From Bilabrum cf. latius (lineage: Eukaryota): 64,000 bases of DNA. Below, piece by piece: positions 62,425-64,000 of this stretch. The notes under the pieces were generated by a model. The model saw only the letters and a program-made list of their open reading frames with translations, did no database searches and was not told the origin of the DNA. Where the stretch lies: assembly GCA_965178125.1 (NCBI GenBank), contig OZ237757.1, forward strand, positions 124,001 through 188,000. The letters run 5' to 3'. Positions within the stretch are counted from its first letter, which is position 1. Each line of letters opens with the position of its first letter. A program made the position numbers and the translations under genes.

Positions 62425-64000
62425 ATGCAGCGGAGCGGAGCTGCACAGCTAGTGAATCGGTGCGTTTTAATCGCCTTGGTTTGTCTCTGTGTAGTAATTG
62501 TGTTTGGATTGGCATGGAAGCTGTCTTCCGTCAACAATGTGTCTGATCGAGAAGCTCGATCCGTGCAGGACAAGTCGACCACTGATGGTACACCAGAAAG
62601 CACGATAGGAGTCCAAATGGGAGTCTTGCGCGACCTGAATTCTGAATTATACGTACCAATACTCGAAGGCGCGTCTGATAGGGAGAGCGTGGGGAGTCGC
62701 AGCTCTGCAGGGCAGGTCTAGGCAGGCGGCGAAGATGACGTTTGGTCAGAACAGCCAGCCGCTGAGTCGTTTACGCAGGCTCAGTCCGAGCCAAGGCCCA
62801 GCGAGAATTCACCACGAGGCAATGGTGCCGCTGAGAGCAGCAAATCCCAGCCCGCACTGCCAGGCACCAGCACAAGCACAAGCACAAGCACCAGCACCAG
62901 CACCAGCACCAGCACCGGCACCAGCACCAGCACCAGCCCCGTAGAGGACAGCCCTCCAGCTTGGCTCACAGGCCGCAAGCTCGTGCTCTGGAAGCAGCGA
63001 CAGAGGTTGCAGAAAATCAAGCAAGAACGATTGCACGCACAGCAGCTCGAGCACGAGTCCCAGGACATCTGGTCCGAGGACAGGCAGCTTGCTGAGTCCC
63101 ACGCTCTGACAGCGCGCGAGCAAGACAGGGGCGCAAGGCACCGTGCAGGGGGTAGCCCCGTTCGAGCCGCGGGCTACAGTGACCAAGTCAAACAGGACAG
63201 GCCAGGCGTGCAATCGCAATCCTCGCACGGATTTGCCGGCCTGCAGACCCCAGCTGAATCGCAGCAATCAGAATCAGCGCAGTCGGAACCCCCAGAGGCG
63301 GTCCCCCCAAATCGTGCTGCAGAGCAGCTGACAAGCTAGAATGAGGCCCAGCACGAGAGCACACCATCCACTAGCCCCTCAAAACCCGCCTCGTACACGT
63401 ACCGAGGCCACCGCCCGGAGTACTCGTGGGAGCAGCTTGAGGTGGACCCGAAGGCAGGGCTCAAGCCCTTGGTCCTAGGCTCGGAGGCGGCCGGGCGCTC
63501 TGCTCGGAGCCAGTCCGCTGGGTTAGACGACTGGCACCCTTGTCGGACCATGCTCCTCGGAAGTAGATCGTTGCAGAGGTGCACTGCACTGTGGCACGCG
63601 GTGGACAGGTCGACCGGACCGGCGCAGGCACAGGCACAGGCACAGGATAGCGACTCACCAGATGCCCGCCCCCTGCTGTTTCGATACTTGCGGGGGCATT
63701 CAACCCTGAGCAGAGCGGGACTGACACCTAGTCTGTTCCCTCCGCTCGTCACACCGCAGCAGCACCCGCTTCTCCCACCCGCGTCGGCTTCGCCAAAGGA
63801 AGAGTGGGCCCTGATCGAGAACTTGCGGCAGGCGCACGCCCGCGAAGCCGAGCTGCTGGTCCTCATGACCACGGCCATGAGGCACGTCGTGAGCATGCCC
63901 ACCGCCGAGCACGAAGGGTGGCTCCGATCTGGTGGAATACCACTATCTACACCTTACAGAGTGGTCCCAGACGCACGGCACCCGTGGGAGGTCGCCGCAG
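62425..64000 (+). CDS. Predicted type II membrane protein with a low-complexity stem; runs off the window end (partial)
   Basis: N-terminal TM segment CVLIALVCLCVVIVFGLAW. The frame stays open to 64000 across TAGs at 62719 and 63337. Confidence 0.7.
62865..62937. repeat. (ACMAGC)n hexamer repeat encoding (Thr-Ser)n
   Basis: Seen directly. It is the same CCAGCA-type unit as at 415-591 but is read on the plus strand. Confidence 0.9.

Noticed and set aside
1146-63339. In-frame TAGs as nonsense mutations (pseudogene cluster) or sequencing errors
   Set aside because: Decay or error would also create internal TAA, TGA and frameshifts. Only TAG occurs, on both strands, in 22 genes with intact motifs, and there is just one unexplained frame change.
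1146-63339. TAGs as 3' splice sites of tiny introns
   Set aside because: Homologous motifs are collinear through the TAG with no extra sequence to remove (PRP19, TBCC, IYD, CFAP300). The introns modelled here are about 90-350 bp and end in CAG.
1146-63339. Pyrrolysine insertion or programmed leaky readthrough at UAG
   Set aside because: Pyrrolysine is prokaryotic and enzyme-specific. The sites align with Gln, have variable 3' context, occur in tandem and number up to nine per gene.
1-64000. Suppressor tRNA-Gln(CUA) or eRF1 gene in this window
   Set aside because: None recognised by eye. A tRNAscan-SE run would be needed to exclude a tRNA formally.

Overview
A gene-dense, GC-rich nuclear fragment from a eukaryote. 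It has spliceosomal GT-AG introns and a CFAP300 gene, so it is probably a flagellated protist; the lineage cannot be determined from this window. I reconstructed about 27 protein-coding gene models by hand: NTPDase, CFAP300, TBCC, a mitochondrial glutamate-type carrier, METTL18, PI synthase, a PIG3-type quinone reductase, a phosphatase/calcyphosin fusion, PRP19, a MYB-PDZ protein, HGH1, a TM2 protein, a family-16 methyltransferase, iodotyrosine deiodinase, phospholipase B, two PLAC8 paralogs, NAP1, a PZP/PHD protein, an LRR protein, an MSS51-like protein, a mucin-stalked propeller protein and several hypotheticals. The main result is a non-standard nuclear genetic code. About 60 in-frame TAG codons (hand count) interrupt 22 of these models without shifting the frame, and several sit exactly on family-conserved glutamines (PRP19 F-TAG-TAG-EWD, TBCC R-TAG-IRLH, IYD AAL-TAG-NAGL, CFAP300 CT-TAG-TSLSF). 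All 25 models whose 3' end lies in the window stop at TGA (20) or TAA (5), and no TAA occurs inside a model. The inferred code is UAG=Gln with UAA and UGA as stops (translation-table-15 type), which is why the supplied standard-code ORF track fragments most genes. I recognised no tRNA, rRNA, CRISPR array or intact mobile element. Family assignments come from recalled motifs, not from database searches.
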